A DNA stretch of 64,000 nucleotides from Candidatus Eiseniibacteriota bacterium (lineage in GTDB: Bacteria; Eisenbacteria; RBG-16-71-46; DASYSL01): the NCBI GenBank assembly GCA_046598045.1, contig JBKJJJ010000174.1, positions 1-64,000 on the forward strand, written 5' to 3'. Position 1 is the first letter of the stretch, and each line of letters opens with the position of its first letter. The position numbers and the translations under genes are program-made. The notes under the pieces were generated by a model that saw only the letters and a list, made by a program, of their open reading frames with translations, was not told the DNA's origin and ran no database searches. This document shows positions 60,534 through 64,000 of the stretch, piece after piece.

Positions 60534-61439
60534 CTAGCGGCTCGTTCGGGTGGAGAGTCCGACGCCCAACAGGATGAGCGCGGCGCCCACCGCTTGCGAA
60601 AGCGTCAAACCTTCCCTCAGCCACAACGCCGACGACCCGATCGCCACGATCGGCTCGAGTAGCGCCACGATCCCGGCGCGCGAGGCATCGAGGCGCGCCA
60701 ACCCCGCGTAGAACAGCCCGAACGGCACCAGCGCCGAGCCGAGCGCGATCACCAGGAACAGCCCCCACGCGCGCGCATCGTAGTGCGCGGCCACGATGAT
60801 CCCGGGCGGATGAAAGACCATCCAGAACAGCGTCGCCACCAGGAATCCGTAGAACAGCACCGTGTAGGGCGACAGCCGCGCGAGCAGCCGTTTCGCGTAT
60901 ACAATGTAAAAGGCGAAGAACAGCGCCGATGCGAGCCCGAGCGCGATCCCCCTCGGGTTCGCGCGCGCGACCGCCGCGCCATCGGCGAGCACCAGCAGCG
61001 CCACGCCGAGCGTCGCGCAGGCGAGCGCCACCAGTTCGAGCGGCCGCGGCGAGCGCCGCGCGGCGAGGGCCTCGTACGCGACCACGAGCGTGGGCGCGAG
61101 ATATTGCAGCAGGATGGCCAGGTTGACGCCCACCCAGCTGACGTTCGTGTAATACGAACCCTGCACGGCCGCGATGCCGAACGTGCCCAGCAGGAGCAGC
61201 GGCAGCACGTCGCCGCGCCCGATCCGGAACAGCGCCGGCCGAAACAGCGCGAAGATCCCTGCCAGGAGGACGACCGAGATCGCGAGCCGGAGCTCGACCA
61301 CGGTCAGCGGCGGCACGTCGTGCTTCATGGTCCAGCGCGCGAGCGTCGCGCTCGTGCCCCACAGCATGGTGGCGGCGATGACGCACAGGAACCCCGCGCG
61401 CGCCCTTGCCGCCGCCGTTGCCCCGGACTCGCCGCTCAG
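60534..61439 (-). CDS. DMT/EamA family transporter (probable CTG start at 61439; first ATG at 61367)
   Basis: LWGTS, LQYLAP, LLEPIVA, about ten TM helices; first TM extends upstream of the ATG. Confidence 0.85.
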   Translation of the reverse strand: MSGESGATAAARARAGFLCVIAATMLWGTSATLARWTMKHDVPPLTVVELRLAISVVLLAGIFALFRPALFRIGRGDVLPLLLLGTFGIAAVQGSYYTNVSWVGVNLAILLQYLAPTLVVAYEALAARRSPRPLELVALACATLGVALLVLADGAAVARANPRGIALGLASALFFAFYIVYAKRLLARLSPYTVLFYGFLVATLFWMVFHPPGIIVAAHYDARAWGLFLVIALGSALVPFGLFYAGLARLDASRAGIVALLEPIVAIGSSALWLREGLTLSQAVGAALILLGVGLSTRTSR

Positions 61440-62671
61440 TTCGCCTCCAGCACGAGACCCGGGCGATTCGACGTGTGCGCCAGCCTGGCGAGATCGACCG
61501 GGAGGATGTGCGCCCCGTAGCGCCGGTTGATCGCCTCGAGGAACACATTGGCGAGGATGCCCGAGCCCAGCGCGGTCGGATGGATGCCATCGAGGCTGAA
61601 CAGCCCGCCCGTGAGGAACGCGGTCGTGTAGCGCACGCCCCCGATCACGACGCCGTCATGGTTGATGCGGTCATAGGTCGTGTACTCGTCGACCAGTGCC
61701 GCGCCCCGGGCCTGGGCCTCGGAGGCGATCACGGCGTTGTAGCCCTGGACCGCGCTCTCGATCGCCGCGCGCTCGGCGAGCGTGATCACGAGGCTGTCGG
61801 GCAACGGCGGCGCCGGCGATGGAAAGCCGTAATGCGCCTGGATCAAGGGGATCGCTGTCAGGAGGATGAGCGTGCCGTCGGGCAGCAGCCCCGCGCCGTC
61901 GCGCAGGCGCACGGGCACGAGCGCGCCGCCCGGGCCGATCGGCGCCTGCGCCACGGGCGGTACGGTGGCCGCGTAGGGGATGAGCGTGATCGGCGGGATG
62001 TTCGAGAGCGCGAGGCGGGCGTTCGGCGCGCCGGCGGCGAGCGAGTCCATGAGCTGCGTGTAGAGCGTGGCGAACACCGGTACCGGAGTGATGGCCGTGG
62101 GGTCGCCACCGCGGAGCACGGGGCGCACGGCCTCGTTCGCGCCCAGTTCGACGGTGATGAACGTCGGGTTCTGCGCGATGCACTGCCTGAGCATTGCGCC
62201 GTGCCCCTGGAGCACGAAGTCGAAGTAGGGTACGCCGGTCTCCTGCGCGATCGCTGCGGCGACGCCCGCCCCGGAGATCGCGAGATTGTCGTAGCCGTCC
62301 GGCGGGCGCGCATTGTAGGGCGCGGACGGCGGCGTGCCTGGAAGCGTGCTGAACGTGAGCGGCGAGAGCGAGACCAGCGTGATCAGGTTCGGCAGTCCGG
62401 GCTCCCCGCACAAAGGCTGGCTGAACCCGCCGCCGTTCGCCCGCGCCTGGCGCGCGATCAGCCGGGGCACGGACGTGACCTGGTTCTGGGCCAGCAACCC
62501 GCCCGACCGGATGCCCATCGAGACGCTGGTGCCGATCGCGACGTAGCTCGAAAAGTCGGCTTCGCCGGTGCTCGATGCGGGCGGCGCGATCGGGTCGAGC
62601 TTTGCACATCCAGAGGCCAGCAGGACGAGCAGCGCAGCCGCGCTGGCATACCGGGTGCGATCGATGCGCAT
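61436..62671 (-). CDS. SGNH/GDSL-like lipolytic lipoprotein
   Basis: Lipobox ASGC; YVAIGTSV (block I), NLAISG, LGANE, SLDGIHP. Confidence 0.85.
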   Translation of the reverse strand: MRIDRTRYASAAALLVLLASGCAKLDPIAPPASSTGEADFSSYVAIGTSVSMGIRSGGLLAQNQVTSVPRLIARQARANGGGFSQPLCGEPGLPNLITLVSLSPLTFSTLPGTPPSAPYNARPPDGYDNLAISGAGVAAAIAQETGVPYFDFVLQGHGAMLRQCIAQNPTFITVELGANEAVRPVLRGGDPTAITPVPVFATLYTQLMDSLAAGAPNARLALSNIPPITLIPYAATVPPVAQAPIGPGGALVPVRLRDGAGLLPDGTLILLTAIPLIQAHYGFPSPAPPLPDSLVITLAERAAIESAVQGYNAVIASEAQARGAALVDEYTTYDRINHDGVVIGGVRYTTAFLTGGLFSLDGIHPTALGSGILANVFLEAINRRYGAHILPVDLARLAHTSNRPGLVLEAN

Positions 62672-62690
62672 GGCGATCCTCCTCGCGCGG

Positions 62691-63989
62691 CTAGTGGAAG
62701 TGGAACCCGAGGCTCAGCCCCGAGAGAAACGTTCCGGTCGAGTAGGTGCCGTCGTAGCCGTCGCGATTCTCGCCCTCGGTCGAGCGGTCGGGCACGATCA
62801 ACCACAGCGCGTAGCCGTTCACGGAAACGTTGCGCCCGTCGCGGCCGAACCCGAGCGAGACGCCGTGGCGGTCGGAGTCGGGGAGCAGCGGGCCGAGGCT
62901 GGCGCGCGGTTGCGGCGTCTGGTCGAAGTAGTAGCCGGCGCGGTACGACCATGCCGCCGTGCCGCCCCTGCGATACTCGGTCCCGACGCGCACGTTGACC
63001 ACGTCCTTCCAGTCTTCGATCTGAGTGAAGTTCGCCGATGGCGTCTGCTCGAATGCGACCTCGAGCCGGTCGAATGTGCTCCACCACGTGAGATTGAGGT
63101 CGGCCTCGAACGCCCACGACGGGCACGATTGGTAGGCGATACCGAGCGACCCCTGGGCGGGGAACGGGATCGACGTCGCCACCCGCTGGTCGGGCGGGAA
63201 CGCGGCTGCCACGATGGGATCGAACAGCGGGTCGCCCGAGGGGGCCTGCGCGAAGTCGGCGCGCCCCGTGTATTCGATCCCGACGCGGCTCCGGTAGGTT
63301 GCGCCGAACTTGCAGCGGCCGGGCGGCCACCACTGCACGCCCAGGTTGTAGCCCGCGCCGAAGGTGCTCTCGCTCGTGAGAGCGACCCGCCCGACGTCCA
63401 CCGTCGCCTCGAGGTACGGATCGTACGCCGCGATGTGGCGCGCGAGCTCGACGTGCGAGACCACGAGGTTCGCGCCCGCCCCCACGCGCAGGCGATCGTT
63501 GAGCGTGACCGCGACCGTGGGCACGAAGAAGAACGGCGTGATCTTCGAGTGCGTGGAGATAAAGCGCCCCGAGTAGAACAACGGCATCGCCCACTCGACC
63601 TCGAGACCGTACGGGTTGTAGATCCCGATGCCCGCAGAGGCCTTGCGCCCGATGCCCTGCGCATAATAACCGGCCATCGGCACGAACGCCTCGGTGCGCG
63701 TGTTCTCATGCACGCCATAACCCGGGTTCGGGTCGACGCCGGCGAATTCGGTCTTGTAGAGGATCAGGTTCGGCGACAGAAGCAGCTCCTTGCCATCGAT
63801 GCGCGACAGTCCAGCCGGGTTGAAATAGATCGACGAGGGATCATCGGCACGCGCGGTGAACGCGCCCGCCTGTCCGGTCGCACGCGCGCCCTGTTCGTAC
63901 AGCCCGTAGCCGGCTGCGCGTGCGAGTGCGGGCGCGCACAGCATCAGCGTGGCGATCCCCAGGCAGCGCGCCCGGCGCGAGCTCTTCAT
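62691..63989 (-). CDS. OmpP1/FadL-family outer-membrane long-chain fatty acid transporter
   Basis: EQGARATGQAGAF..ADDPSSIYFNPAGL hatch motif, PYGL, LPDSDR, terminal aromatic. Confidence 0.92.
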   Translation of the reverse strand: MKSSRRARCLGIATLMLCAPALARAAGYGLYEQGARATGQAGAFTARADDPSSIYFNPAGLSRIDGKELLLSPNLILYKTEFAGVDPNPGYGVHENTRTEAFVPMAGYYAQGIGRKASAGIGIYNPYGLEVEWAMPLFYSGRFISTHSKITPFFFVPTVAVTLNDRLRVGAGANLVVSHVELARHIAAYDPYLEATVDVGRVALTSESTFGAGYNLGVQWWPPGRCKFGATYRSRVGIEYTGRADFAQAPSGDPLFDPIVAAAFPPDQRVATSIPFPAQGSLGIAYQSCPSWAFEADLNLTWWSTFDRLEVAFEQTPSANFTQIEDWKDVVNVRVGTEYRRGGTAAWSYRAGYYFDQTPQPRASLGPLLPDSDRHGVSLGFGRDGRNVSVNGYALWLIVPDRSTEGENRDGYDGTYSTGTFLSGLSLGFHFH

Positions 63990-64000
63990 GGCGTCCTCCC

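Overview
High-GC diderm bacterial chromosome segment containing the replication origin. Secreted proteins with FlgD-Ig-type C-terminal domains and a C-terminal SWGxxK motif suggest an FCB-associated lineage such as Ca. Eisenbacteria (inference, not verified). From left to right: cspA; a phosphate cluster (DUF47-PiT and phoB-phoR-pstCAB-phoU, no pstS) with 11-bp PHO-box-like arrays; an outer-membrane protein; and dnaA-dnaN-dciA-gyrB-gyrA with a bipartite oriC whose dnaA-dnaN half has a Bacillus-like DnaA-box/DnaA-trio unwinding module. Then rex, EamA, GH1, bcp, MEMO1, M20, MBL, corA, secreted hypotheticals, a MIP-arsC pair and a GAF kinase. A split aromatic-CoA pathway (HBD, ALDH, thiolase, two crotonases, divergent BoxB-like diiron protein, GNAT) is interrupted by a P1B-5 ATPase/cytochrome c/CDGSH block. 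The window ends with a compositionally distinct ~12 kb island and a FadL-SGNH-EamA operon. The best candidate for an undescribed system is the island (46.5-58.5 kb). There an ECF sigma, a double-ZAS membrane anti-sigma and an exported TPR-CHAT caspase-like protease face an N-acyltransferase (FeeM/LuxI-like fold), an ICMT-type methyltransferase and secreted cargo. One promoter-like motif, GTCACA-N14/15-CGAC, precedes three of these transcription units. This suggests a CRISPR-independent, protease-triggered signalling circuit that may make its own acylated, methylated signal. No rRNA, tRNA, CRISPR array, integrase or transposase was recognised. All calls come from reading motifs by eye; no database search was run.
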